Shown here: in pieces, positions 42,613 to 56,071 of the stretch
Layout of the letters: every line of letters begins with the position of its first letter
Numbering within the stretch: position 1 is the stretch's first letter
DNA from: Eledone cirrhosa
Lineage: Eukaryota
Reading direction: 5' to 3'
DNA length: 64,000 bases
Assembly: GCA_964016885.1 (NCBI GenBank)
Contig: OZ024740.1
Location: 223,386,001-223,450,000, forward strand
Notes under the pieces: generated by a model
The model's input: only the letters and a program-made list of their open reading frames with translations
Told to the model about the DNA's origin: nothing
Databases searched by the model: none
Translations under genes and position numbers: made by a program

Positions 42613-42806
42613 TGGTTGGTGGATTGGCAGTATCGGTAGAGGGTCGGACGCTATGCTTTGCAGCAAAGAGTTACGGCCCTTTATGGTCTGAGTTCAAATA
42701 CCGCCGAGGTTAACTTTGCCTTTCATCCTTACGGGGTTGATAAAATAAAGTACTAGTAATACACTGGAATAATTGCTGGCCTTGTGCCAAAAGTAGAAAC
42801 AATTAT
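42613..42806 (+). mobile_element. SINE family A, full length with TSD
   Basis: A box TGGCAGTATCGG and B box GAGTTCAAATAC; flanked by direct repeat ATTATTAAAAACAATG at ~42599 and ~42802. Confidence 0.92.
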
Positions 42807-45800
42807 TAAAAACAATGCATATCTAAGACCTTATATACCCCCCCCCTCAACAAGGATAACGGATGCGCCCTAGCCAATTGCCCAATCCGCAACACTAATT
42901 GTTGCCTACGTACTTAGGTAGTATACAGGCTAGAAAGTAACAAGTGCAATCTATTTTACAAAGGCATTCGACCATCACATCTCCGTATTAAAGAGCATGT
43001 TAACACCAACTCCTCCCGTAAACACGCCATCAAATGTGGAAACCGGGTCAACATTACCACCACAATCTTAGCTACCGAACGCTGAGAATTAAGGAAGGTC
43101 TCTTAATCAAGTAATTAAAACCTAGGATCAATAATCGAATGGAAAGAAGTGCACCAGAATGGCTAATTTAAAAGCCTGTATTCCAACATTCAGCCGCCAG
43201 TTTCATTTTTTCTTTCATATCAAATCTATGTCCTCACTATGCAAACACACACACACATACATATATCGCACACATATTTTCCCCGTTTTATTATATACAT
43301 ATTCGCACATCTTTCACTACATAAACATACATTCATGCACTCATACAAACATCCCACTAACCACACATTCACGCACATTCATGCGTATATCATACACTTC
43401 ACAACGAGCATGTTCGGAATTTTAACGTCTTTTCATTTCACTTAAATCTGCTCTCCAAACAAACAAGTCTTTCCGATCGATCTTTTAAGTCTCTCATAGG
43501 GTTACGCCCTTGATAATGAGTTTTTAAATATTTGGGATCATTAAATTTTCTAAGGTAAGATTAGTTTGTTATCTTGCCGATTTAATGTTCTTCCTAACGC
43601 ATTGTTTGGTTTTCAAAATTATTTAAATTTGTGTTTCCTATATAACAATGCTTCAAGCAAGCTACAAAACTTATCAAAACACATAACTTTACAATGTTGG
43701 GTAGGAAACTAAATCTGTCACCTGGTTTAACACAACTACTCAGCCCCTGGATATTTGAACATTTTTTATACTAACCCGCCTCAACCAATGTATAAATCGA
43801 AACCCATTAAAACGTTTTATAAGGACCATTTCTTAAGTTATGTTGTTAGCAGCAACGTAATAAAAAGAGACTTGGTTATATTGTTTTATCATTGTAAATC
43901 TTAATTGAAAATCACAAGCTGTGTCCTTCATTATAAATCTGCTGGCTGAAAACATTTTAGCCAGATATTTGAAGGCTCTGAAAAGGGTCATAGCCACTGT
44001 CTCCTTATCTTAGTCTTAAAAATAAATACATACCTAAATAAATAAACACCTAAAAATTATAAAATAATATTTTCAATATGTGAATTATTACTCATGACCT
44101 CAGCACTCTACCGATTCAAGCACACTTTGGCTAACTTTTAAAATTATATTTCATTCTTGTATTTCTATATTGTCATATTTTAAACCGTTTTTATTACATT
44201 TAATAAATTCTTTTACTTCAGTAATAAAATCCTGCCTGAAGACGAATATTTTAAAATAGAGTGAAAGCTTATTTTGACATGGTCATGAAATGTAAATAGT
44301 TATTCTGGAATTTAGAATGTTTTTAGTATAGGAATGTCTATCTAGCAACTACAGAATACATAAATTGATATATTTATCTTTCTTCTTTTTTTAACATTTG
44401 AAATATGTTACTCAATCTATTTCCTATAAACTTCAAAGAATTTGAATTCAGTTGTTGAAAAGAATTTTTGGGGTAATTATGTGCAAATTTTCTTTTCAAA
44501 GTTTTTGAAAGACACAAAAGTTGAGCTCAGTATTTTTCATACATATTTTCAAATACTTTAAATGGGTACAAAAATGTTTTCATGGAAATCTTGAAGAGAA
44601 AAATGTTATTTTGTTTCTTGGAATCGCTAGCAATCAACTGAATGACAACTGAACAAATCTTTCCTGGCACACTAAAAACTCTCAGAGCATACTGGCTTAT
44701 TAAAATCAATATACTTCAATATAATTTCTTTTAGTAATAATATCAACGCAGCAGAATATCTGGAACTCTTATAATTTACTGAAGGATCAAACAGTGAATT
44801 CTTATTTATATTTACATTTTAAAATAGTTTTCAGATTTGGTGTTCAATAAAATTGATGCTATTTGAAAGAAAATTAGCCAACCTCAAAGCAAAATAAATT
44901 AATGGAACACATTTTGACGGTCGTATATCATGTTTTGCCTCTCATTTATGGAAATGAATACATGAGTTCAAATTTTCCTCTTCGTGGAAATATATTTCCT
45001 TAGTTACCATTGACTTTTAAATGCTTAAACTTTTGTTTGATGTTTACTTCAGGACCGTATATATCATGAAATCATTGTGCAAGTATTTAAATTATTTTTA
45101 AGATAAAAAATTTGGAATATATAAAATTTACAGCAACACTTTTTCAGATTGAGCTGGCGACCTGCAGGAATGTATCCCATAAAACTTTTCTCAGATGTTT
45201 GAAAAATAGAGATCGCAGTTCTATCACAAAATAAATTTGAAGTGAAATGACTTGCTGAAGAACAATATGCCATTTGGTCCAAGAATCGATCTCTTAGCCT
45301 TATTAGCATAGCACCCTAACCCTTACACTGCAGTGTATCTTCACAAATCAAGAGTTTGGAGTGATTTAGCAAAATAACTAATTTACCCACAATGAAGCTG
45401 CTATTTAGAATATAACATAAGAGGTTCATTACATACAATTTTGAGAGCAGGGTTGAAATTAAAGAAAATACTTTTAAATTGACAATTTTGTGTTATAGAA
45501 TTAATGGCAGCCACAAGTGAATTGGTATTAAAAAAGATAAGCTGACTAAATTTACAATTAAACAGTTTTCAGTGTATAATATTCTCTGTTTACTCCAATG
45601 CCAATTGGCTCAGTTTTTTCTATAAGTCGAGTGACGTTGGTCTAATGGGCTGCCATATTTAAAACCAATACTTGGTCCATGTGTGCAAGTATTAGAGGTC
45701 ATTCTGTTGTATGACTTTGAACCAGATTGTCTGCTTGAAGATAACATTATCGTGATACTTACCTGATCTTGTTCCCACCCCTTGCATAGTGTTACTTTTT

Positions 45801-46030
45801 TTGTTGAAAAACCAGGCAGGTAGAATATGTTTCCCAGCAAAATTATTCCATTAGCACAGTGGTTTGGCACAGTGGGTATCTATATGGGAAGATATGCAAT
45901 CCTATGACAGTCCTGTATCCCCTTCACAGTTACAATTCTGAGAAGCCGATTCACGGCCTGTTCCAGATGTACTATATAACTATATACAGATATAGTAGTA
46001 AAAGTTGACAGCTATTTATGAGTCATCTCC

Positions 46031-47030
46031 TTACTATTTTACCTGTTGCAGCCATCTGACTGATGCTATGCTGGAGTACCACCCTTGTTGCTACATGTTC
46101 TATATTCAGCCTGTGTTGCCTGGCTATTGGTGTCGGAGGTTACCTTTGTTCCATACTGTGGGCTCATCTTGGATCCTGGATAGTAGAGTGTCAAGATGGT
46201 TCTTGAAAACATCCACGTCCACACCATGCAGTTCTCTCAAATCTTTTGGGAGATTATTGAAGAGATGAGGCCCTCTGAACCCCAGACTATTGCAATATCT
46301 GCACCTTACTCTAGATGTGGAAGACAGGACCTTTGGCACCAGACAGTGACGTCCAGTTTGGGGGTTGGTCTAGCTCTCAATGTCAAAGTTTGACGCTAAT
46401 CCCTCCATGAACTTCCATATTAATATCACTGTGTATCTCTCCCGCCTTCATTCCAAGGAGTTGAGTTTTAGTTCTTTTAGCCTCTCCCAGTGTTCCTCTT
46501 TGTGGCAATCCTCTTGGTGTAGCTTCATTGGATTGCCTCAAGTTCTGTGGTTAGTTTGAAACTATGCGGTGACCACAGTTGGGAGCAATAGTCCAGTCAG
46601 CTTAGGACAAATGTCCGCCATAGAAGCAACATAGTCTTTTGATCTCTTGTCCTGAAAGTCTGCAAGATCCAGCCAACAAGTCGTCTGCACATTGTCGCCA
46701 CTCATGATATGTTACGAAAATGATGCATCATTGCTCGTGTCTATATCCAGGTCTCGTATCACGATTTTCGATTCGTTCTGGTCCTTGCAGTTTGATATTG
46801 TAGGGCTTGAAATTTTCCAGCATTAAATTGCGCGATGTTGTCCTTAGTCCATTTGTATATGGCATCCAAATCTTGCTGTAAAAGAGTACCATCAACTTGG
46901 ATCCGGATTGCCTGTGCTACCTTTGTGTCATTTGCATATCTAGTCAGGAATGTTGTATGTACTACAAAAGGCATGTCTGAGAGAGCCACGAAAAACAATA
47001 GTGGTCCCAAGACTGCCCTGGGGCACCCCA
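46031..47030 (-). mobile_element. 5'-truncated, decayed CR1-group LINE (RT C-terminus and 3' tail)
   Basis: AVLGPLLF...YANDTKV...LQQDLDAIYKWTKDN..QFNAGKF, LDYCSQLWSP, RGPHLFNNLPKDLR...FKNHLDTLL..IQDEP; tail GATGGCTGCAACAGGTAAAATAGTAA. Confidence 0.88.
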
Positions 47031-50000
47031 CTTGTTATTGATGTTTCCTTTGAGAGGACCCCCTTTAAAAACATTAAAGGCATTTATTTTGTTCAAAAGT
47101 CTTGCATGATTTTCCACCAGCATGTATATGTAATACTTTACATTACATGTCTCTACGTAGATAAGTCACATCTGAATATATCAAAAGTATTTGTTGTCAT
47201 ATTGCTGCCTTTAGTTATTCAAACTTTCATGAAATTAATTCTAGCTTTATAGAAAATATTTTTTCACAGATCCAAAGTTTTTGCTGCAATCATTAAAATG
47301 TCATGATTATTCAAGAATAAAACATTATAATTAAGTAATGAACCAACAATTATAAAATATCTCATTTTCAACTTTAAAATATTTCAATTACAATGCCCAA
47401 AAAATGTTTTTGTAAAATACTTTTCTGTTAAAACTGAACGATGAAAAACCACTCCTCACCATAAATAGTATATAAATTAAATTTTTTTTTTACATTTTAC
47501 ACAGGGATAAAAGGCAGTGTATAAGATCTTTTTCAAGGCCCCCAAGACGTATGGGAATGGGGTATGATGGTTTCTCAATCAGAAAGTTGGCAACAATGCT
47601 TCTAACAATGCAGTCTCTATTAAAGGCACCCAGGGTCAGTTGGTTTTTTTACACAAGGCAATAGGTTAGGTCCACCAACCAAGTAAGCCACAGTAAGATT
47701 TGAACTCAGAATGCAAAGATCCAGGACGAATACTGCAAGGCATCCTGTCTAATGCACTAATAATTCCACCAAACCACCACCTGGGCAGATACTTTATTTA
47801 TAAACCCCCGAAGGAATGAAAGGTAAAGTTGACCTCATCAGGATTTGAACACAGAATGCAGAGAGCTAGAAAACATTTTGAATCTACCACATTTTGTTAT
47901 ATTTTACAAAATACACAATCGATATTAACAGAAATCTATTAACTAAAACAAGTTCGTTAAATACGAGACCTTAAGCTTTAAAATCATTTACTAGTATTTA
48001 GTATTTTATATTATGCCGAATCTTATTGCAATGAGCTTACTCTTGTTTTGTTTTTTTTCTCAGAAGTCAAAAGAATAATCTCTAAAGAAGAATTATTAAA
48101 AGATATTAAAAAAACAATATTCCTATATTCAGGTTTGCTTTAACGTTTTGAAAGATTTTATAAAGTATTCATCAGCTTATATTAAACAGCTTAACTGAAA
48201 GTGAATTTGCCTGATTTTTGTGACATTATATTGTCTACGAATTTAACACTCTTATGTCAATTTTTTTAATAAATAATACAGACTATATACTCGAATGACT
48301 AAAGTAAAAATTATTATTATTAACCTTTGAAACATATCTAAAACACGCAGTTGTATGCATGAAAATAGATAAATACAACATATTCATAAAATATATTTTC
48401 ATGAATAAGAGAATTTTAATTGAAACAATACAGACGTTTAAAGAATGAGAATGGGACTTAAGCAAATCAATAACAAAAATATATGTAGCTGCAAGCAATC
48501 GGGTAGAGTAATATATATACCGAGGTACTAAGTAATTTGTATAATGCACCCTGCATATTACTCTCATAACTTAAACACTCCGTATACACCTCTCTCTCTG
48601 TATATAGCTTTATCCATCTCGCTACCCATCTATCTATCCATCCTTTAATTATTAGTCATAATTTTTGCCTCTCATTTCACTCCTTACAACGATCATATTT
48701 TTGTTTTACTGCCATTGCCTTGTACTATAATAACTACAAATCCCACGCTATATTTCTCTAATGTACAGATGATGATTGTTGGCTTGGTTGTGGTTTTGGA
48801 TTTTGCCTACCTGATAGCCTGTATTAGAACTAAAATAAACAAATGAATCAACAAATGAAGAAATAAAATACGATCTTTTTGCTGAAGGAGAAAACACTTA
48901 AATAAATTTATATTGTACTTATAACACTTTTTTCTTGACCAATCCATACACTTTCTATGCTATTTTGCTAAATTATTATTATCGGGGAATTACCTTTAAA
49001 TCACATGCTTCCTGTTTTGATTACTCATAACCATGTATTGTGTTAGAATGCCTATTAACATAACACTATACTCTATGAGTCACTGTCAAACAGAACAATT
49101 TCTTTAGCAATTTTATTGTTCAGTCTTCTTGTTGAAAGAGTCTTTTTCTGTTTCCCTATATTACATCGTATCAATGCTGTTATTCTATGGAAAGAAAACC
49201 AATGTGTTAGAGAATAAAATTAACATCCATTAAAGATATTTTGTGAAGTCGACCAAAATTTCTGTTGCTTTAGGCAGTCTCACTTATCTGTGGACAATTT
49301 GTGCTCTTGATTTTTTTTGTTCCTTGGAATGTCTCGCAATTTTATCTGCAGTATGTTGAATGTGTTTAATAGAAATCACAAAGAGATAGGAAATTGCATT
49401 TTCATATATTTGCAGTCAAAAGTGTTGATTTAGATACTTTCACAGAAATCATAATACAGATTCAATTTTTGTTACTAAAACTGCTATGAATAGCCTAATT
49501 TAACTAGATTACTCACACCTAAAATGTTAGTAAACTAATATTTTTATACACTTTACAAAACATATATTTGTAATAAAGGTTATAAAGAAAGGAATAACTA
49601 ACCAATATTTTGTACAATTTGAGAATGAAAGAATGTATAAATCGACTATGATCACAAGATATTTTACCTTTAACTTTTCCTTCTAACATTAGCACAATAC
49701 CATCAAATTTAGGGGAGTAGAAAGACAATTATATTTACTGCAGTACATAACTGGTATTTTATTTTATTAACCTCAGAAAAATGAAAAGAAAAATACACTT
49801 CAGTAGGGTTTGACTTTAGAATGTAGAAATTCCTAATTAAATACGGTACAGTATTTTGTCCAACAATCTAGCATTCAGCAAATTTTGTGTCAATAATTGT
49901 TACATATTAAATATACATAATCTTATAATTCTCTTAGATAACTGTGATGTGCTGAATTCAAAACATTTTCTGGACACATATTTTGCTCAGGATTGAACAT

Positions 50001-53000
50001 GTAATCCCCTTCATTCAGTTGTATTTATCTCACACCCATGTGAATATTACCTGCCTACACATCCATTATCACTCTATAATGGAATATCCCAGAGACATCT
50101 TAAAACACAAAGTCAAAGGACTACGACCTCCACCCAACAGCTATAGTTATGCTTTTTAATATAGTTTTTGTCTACAGTAAATGACTTCCAACTCAAAAAG
50201 TCTTATTGGTTGTCAATTCTCTCAGGACGGGTTTAATGTGACAGCTAGTTGTTTAACCCATTTCAGTAAAATTATTAAAAATGATATGGATCACCTGGAT
50301 GATGTAAAATCAGAAACACCCAGTAATTCCAGGATACAACAATGAAGGTATGTTCAGGTATGTGCATCCATGGAATGGACTTCAACTTTGATGATAAGTG
50401 CTACAGATATTAAATAAAAGAAACAGCTTACACAAGCGATTACCATGCACCTAGTTCAGCATTAGACAGTTACGTGTAACCATAACATAATGCTTAGTGT
50501 GACTTAGCTTGGCACAAAGTATAACAAGATGGTCTCTTTGTATAACAGGTATAGACTATCTAGTTTTCAGTTTATCTAATTTCCCTTAAAGCCTACTTCT
50601 ACTCATCGATATAGTAAATTACACTTGCTCAAGCTATCAAGCAGTGAGATCAAATCCATGTCCTTGTGATTGTGAAGCAGATGTCATAACCATTTGGCCA
50701 TTCTTCATCCATAAGCATTCATAATGTATGAAGAACTACAAGTTTTTAGGCTCGTCTCTCTCTCTATATAGGGCTTCCCAAATGATATATAAAGAGGACC
50801 ATGATGTGTGATTATATACTGCACTTCAGACATATGTAAATCATATAAGCAAGGAGAAACAGATGAAATTATATTGTTGAAGATTATGATGATGAAGATG
50901 AATATAAAATATTCATTTCCATTTTCATTTAGAGAAAGTGTAGATTCTAGAAGTTTTGAGGGGAGCTTTTCAATTCTATTTATATATAGCATTTTGATTT
51001 ATGAAATGAACTAGTTATTGACAGAATTATGCTAAAATATGAAAGGATGCAATTATTTTATTTTATGTTTGTTTATTAATGCTGTTTAACAGGTTTTTGT
51101 TTAGCTTCTTTTTAGATTACTGCATATAAATATTAATTTCTTTGGTGAAGTCTATTGATAGAATGACTTGCAGCATTGCATGTATGCTGTTCTGTTGATA
51201 GTCAAACACAACATAATGCCGCATTATTATCAATATATTGACATTATATGCACTATCATTGCAGAACTGTTAGATATGAGACATTGATTTCTTGTTATAT
51301 CTATTTTGTTTTGATTTTAATGTAGTTATTTCTATTTATGTTTTGGATACACAATAATATCGTTTGGTTTCTTGCCATATATATATATATATATATATAT
51401 TTCTTCTGTAAACATTAAGAAATATTTTTATAAAATGGATGTCTACAAGGATAATAATCAATAAAAGGAGAAATTAACAAAAACAATTGTGATAGAAGTT
51501 TGAAAAGTTACTCAGTGGAAATCTATCTGAACTTCAAAATACTTTATAACAGTTTGTGTATTGCTGCATACTATAAAAATAGCTTATCAGATGGATCTCT
51601 TCGAAAAAATAATAATCGTTCCACATATTTCGTCTTTTTTATGAACAGTAACAAAAACATTGGATACAATGTAAGTCTAATAAAGTTCAAGAAAAGTTTA
51701 CAAATTGGATTTTAAATTTAAATTGTTGTTTTCCTATTTTATTTTTATGTAACAATATGATAATTAGTTCTTTTCATGTTAAACATCAGTGGGGTGTCAT
51801 GAAATTTTATAAAACAGCTTCTTTGAAATATATACATATATTCAGTGTCAGACTTGGTCTAAAAATATTGGTTCCCAGGAGATAAAGGGGACCCACCCAC
51901 AGAATGCGATCATTTAATTTTTATAATGAATAAATAACATTTTCAAAAATTACGTAAGTGAAAACAAAACAACGCAAACAAATTTTTGCCTCCAAAAATG
52001 TGTATTTTCTTTCTTATCATATTACTGGCAGAATACAACAATAGTAAATGTTAATACAGAATGTTATGATTGAATTTTTAAATAATTGTGAATGTTTATA
52101 TCTGGGAATGTGTGTATGTATGTATGTATGTGTGTATATATAGATTTGTACAAAAATTATTCTCTCTAGGGACTTTAGACTGAAGAATTGACCACTAATT
52201 GATTTTGCATATGTCTTTAATCCACTGATATAAAAGATCATTTGGCCAGTAGCTTGTGTGTATGTGTAAGTATATATATATGCTTGTGTGTGTCCATATA
52301 TAAATGCATGCATGAATGAATTCAGTAAGTTATACAGTTAGACAACCAGTGATTCTAATTGTTAGCACTATTATATATCTTGGTTTCAATCAATTCTCTA
52401 AGGAATTGTTTGACCAAATGCTTAGCTTATTTATTTGTTTTTCTTAAATGTTTATTCTTTCTCTATTTGCTCACTATACAGAGGGATGTGGAGGGTGAGA
52501 GAGATGGAGGCGATGACAGTGAGAGTTCGGCTCTCCACGTTTGGACCATATCCTTGTGCTTATTATCTATAGAGTTCATTCTCCAGTCTTTCACAGACAC
52601 TAATTATGATATATAAGAATGGCGTCAATACACCAGTCTACAAAAGACCAACATTTCGCCCATCATATATCGTCTTTCCAAAAATTCTTTTCATATTAAC
52701 TATCTCATGTTAACTTTCTTACTATTGTACTTGCAAATATTTACTCTATCAGACATTTTTTTAAAGATTTTTTTTAAAGCAAAGCATTGGTCCCTAAAAT
52801 ACTACGGTAGGCCCCTGCACTGCTACCATAGGACCCTGAAATGCCACCATGGGCCCAGTGGGGCCCACCTGCTATTGGGCAATCTGGCCAGTCTACCACT
52901 GCATATATCCACTAGCATCATTAGGTTAACCCTTTGGCTTTTATACTGGCCTAATCTGGCAAGAATTTTCTCACTTCTTTCTATTCAAACTGGCTGTAAC

Positions 53001-53357
53001 CAGCCACTCATACTGATGTTAAGGTATTATCCTCAAAATAAATATCAAAATCTCATATATTCAATATTATGTGAGGTAAAGCCTTTACTATGAAAATATA
53101 ATAGTAAATATAGAGTAATGTAAATGCCAAAAGGTAATGCCTTTATTTCTATAGTTGCATAGATTGGAAGAGTCTCCACAAAGTAATGATATTAAATGAT
53201 CACATATTCATACAGAAAGTGGTGAAATGATTACAATTGTGTGGCAGAATGGAATACTGTGCTAGTGGGTTATAGTCAAACATTGTCCGTACCATAATAT
53301 CGGGCCTGAAAATTGAAAACATTAACCATAAGGTATAGTTTAAGTTTCATTATTTAC

Positions 53358-53721
53358 TGGACGCCATGCTTTCCAGCATAGTTACGTCCCTTTACGATCT
53401 GAGTTCAAATTCCGCCGAGTTTGACTTTATTTTATCGACCCCGTAAGGATGAAAGGCAAAGTACCAGTAATGCACTGGGTAATTGCTGGCCTTATGCCTA
53501 AAGTAGAAACAATTATTTACTTTTGAAAAGGGTAGTGGATTGACAGTATCGGTAGAGGTCTGATGCCATGATTTGCAGCAAAGTGTTATGGCCCTATATG
53601 GTCTGAGTTCAAATCCCGCCATGGTTAACCTTGCCTTTCATCTTTACATGATCGATAAAATAAAGCAGCAGTAATACACTGGGTTAATTGCTGGCCTTGT
53701 GCCAAATGTAGGAACAATTAT
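53358..53721 (+). mobile_element. Two tandem SINE family A copies (the first with a rearranged core)
   Basis: 53358-53516 and 53530-53721 match the consensus. In the first copy the core segment TTTATTTTATCGACCCCGTAAGGATGAAAGGCAAAGT is inverted. Confidence 0.85.
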
Positions 53722-54568
53722 TTTTCTTTAATCTATTCTATACCTCTTTTCTTTACCAAAATTATACATTTAGATATAGAAAATTATTTCGATTTTAGAA
53801 TCCAATAATTTCAATGCTGGACAACTCTGTCAAGTAAAACAATGAACATTTTATGTCATAATGAGTGGTATTTTCCATTGATTTCTGAACAAACTAATTG
53901 TTAATATAACATGTATCCTCAGACTTAATTTCATCATCAATAACCATTCAAATTCTAAAAGAATGCCATGATTTTCTCAATCTCCAAATCAAAAGAACTA
54001 GACAGCAGGATGGCTGAGAAATACTATTATGTACTGCAAGGGAAGGCAAATCTAAGAAAAATAACGTTTACATGGCAACACAACAGGAATGTATAAAAAT
54101 GTGAAATATGTGAGAATTGTTTCACTAAGCTAGACTTAGCTGGAAGCCATTATTAATTTGGCTATAAACTGAAAAAAAAACTCGAAATATTAAAAAAACT
54201 ATGGCAAAGAAAATTCATCTGTTTTAAACGTCTTTTTCAGATTTTGGATAAACGCACATCAAACATATGGAATCAATGTTTCAAGAAACAGAATTTGAAA
54301 TCGTTTGGACAATTTCTATTTGGTTGCTTATACTATTTATTTTATTACAGAATGTGTCTTATAAAAAAATCTGAAAAGTTGAAGCTTCAAACTTTGACAT
54401 AAGGAGAAACTATCATTCATAAAAACATTTCATAAACATTTTCACAGAAGAGTTTAACACTTTCTTGATATTTCTAAAGAAAGACAATGCTTAGGATTTT
54501 CAAATAGTTGTGAAAATAATGTTTTGGAGAGATTTAGTAATATAATTTCTCGTTATTTTCGTGGATTT

Positions 54569-54932
54569 AGGGCGATGGATTGGCAGTATCGATAAAGCGT
54601 CGAGGAACATGCCTTGTGACATATAGTCACATCCCTTTACGTTCTGAGTTCAAATCTTACTGAAGTTAGCTTTTTCTTTCATCCTTAATAAAATACAGTA
54701 AAATAAAGTACAGTAACACACTGGGGTTGATTTCATCGACTTTCTCATCAGCCAAAATTATTATCCCTATCCTTAAAACAGAAACCAATGCTTAGTGACA
54801 GCCATTTGCATTCTAAGTTCAAATTCCGCTGAGGTTAGCTTTGTCTTTCATCCTTACGGGTTGGATAAACTAAAGCACCAGTAATACACTGGGATTCATT
54901 TAATCGATACCCACTGCCAAAAGTAGAAACAA
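54569..54932 (+). mobile_element. Two tandem SINE family A copies
   Basis: GGATTGGCAGTATCGATA...GAGTTCAAATC, then a second 3'-half copy from ~54810. Confidence 0.8.
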
Positions 54933-56071
54933 GCATTATCTTACAGAAAATTATGATAGAAGGGTCATTGGTCAGATAAATATAAATACTTAAAAACAAG
55001 CAGTTCTGAGACAGTAGTTTCAGGTTGTTATCAAAACCATTAAGGTAATTGCTCAAATTGCGAAGCTTGTCTACTTTTCACTTCGACTGTTAGAATTCTC
55101 ATCAAAAGTCATTGCTAATGTCATTGTAGAGCTGTATCCTTTGTCACTGTCAACGATGAGTGTATATAAGTTCAATCATATAAAATTCATATATAAATAG
55201 TTGAATATTCTACAGAGAATTGTTCTCTTAGCATAATTCTCTAGTTCAATTAGCATAATTTTACAGGACTGGGCCTTTGAATTACAGATATAATCTATAT
55301 GAAGGACTTACACATATTTTCTCTACCTAATTTGTCTCTAAAGCCTTGGGCCAACAAAAAGCTATGGTAAAAAGAACTTGCCCCAGAAGATATACTTGGA
55401 TTGAACCCAGGGCCACATGACTGAAGTGATCTTACCTACTCAGCTATATGTACCCGCATCACTGAAAATCTTGTTAGAAATTGAACTTCCTCTTGGCTTC
55501 CTCTTTTGAACATTGGCTTTTATGGTTCCTTAACTTTTCCACATCATGTTACATTCACTTTTAAATTCATATTTGATCTTACTGCTCTTCTAGATAAGTC
55601 ATGCTCCAATTCCTAGTTATACATTATATTTTGACATGGTTTCTACAGATGGATATCCTTCCTTAACGTCCATCACTTTACAGTGTGCCACAAGCAATAA
55701 TGAGGTTGCCTTAAACCCTACAATACTGAAGAACGCCCACTATTTTATGTCTTCAATGAAAGAGGACTAAGAGAATAAAATAGAGTGGTCACAAAGGAGG
55801 AACCGGGCTAAGAGAGTGAAAGAAAGAGTAATGTGGGAGAAATAAAGAATGGGTTAATTGAATAATAGTGTAGGGAATAATGAACACACACATGTATGTA
55901 TGCGTGTACACACATATGTAACCATACATATGTATGCATATACACCCGTGTGTGTGTGTACATATGTATATGTGTATATGTATGTATATATGTGTAAATA
56001 TATATGTATGTAAATATATATGTAAATATATATGTATATATATATATGTGTGTATATGTATATATATATAT

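Larger units (their letters stand above)
41571..55178 (-). pseudogene. Probable decayed multi-exon gene of tandem (calcium-binding) EGF-like repeats
   Basis: Seven exon-like islands, most behind polypyrimidine-AG acceptors, with degenerate EGF motifs. 55178-55030: *LNLY..SDKGY..NDF.DE..FAI*.SNYLNGFD. 54051-53895: FGD*ENHG.SFR..EDTCYIN. 53305-53190: QYSILPHNCNHFTTFCMNM*SF. 51266-51150: CQYID..EQHTCNAASHSIN. 50400-50295: SPFHGCTYLNIP..YPGITGCF*. 45879-45763: NHCANG..YLPGFS..TLC, with a strong CAG|GTAAGT donor. 41689-41571: TICS..GPYGQNGECVNLKGLYICHS*. Recognised by eye only. Confidence 0.45.

Noticed and set aside
42613-42710. A/B-box tRNA-like heads
   Set aside because: These are SINE heads, not tRNA genes; no complete cloverleaf, and they continue into SINE bodies.
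52590-52670. NTPVYKRPTF resembling the PLE RT thumb motif VYRKPT
   Set aside because: Too short and isolated to call an element.
53200-53305. YSILPHNCNHFTTFC resembles the catalytic NCxHF motif of LRAT/PLAAT or PPPDE (permuted NlpC/P60) enzymes
   Set aside because: No upstream catalytic-His exon was found. The flanks (QY for EC, CMNM*SF for CxNxxGSF) and neighbouring islands fit a degenerate cbEGF better. Not fully excluded without a profile search.
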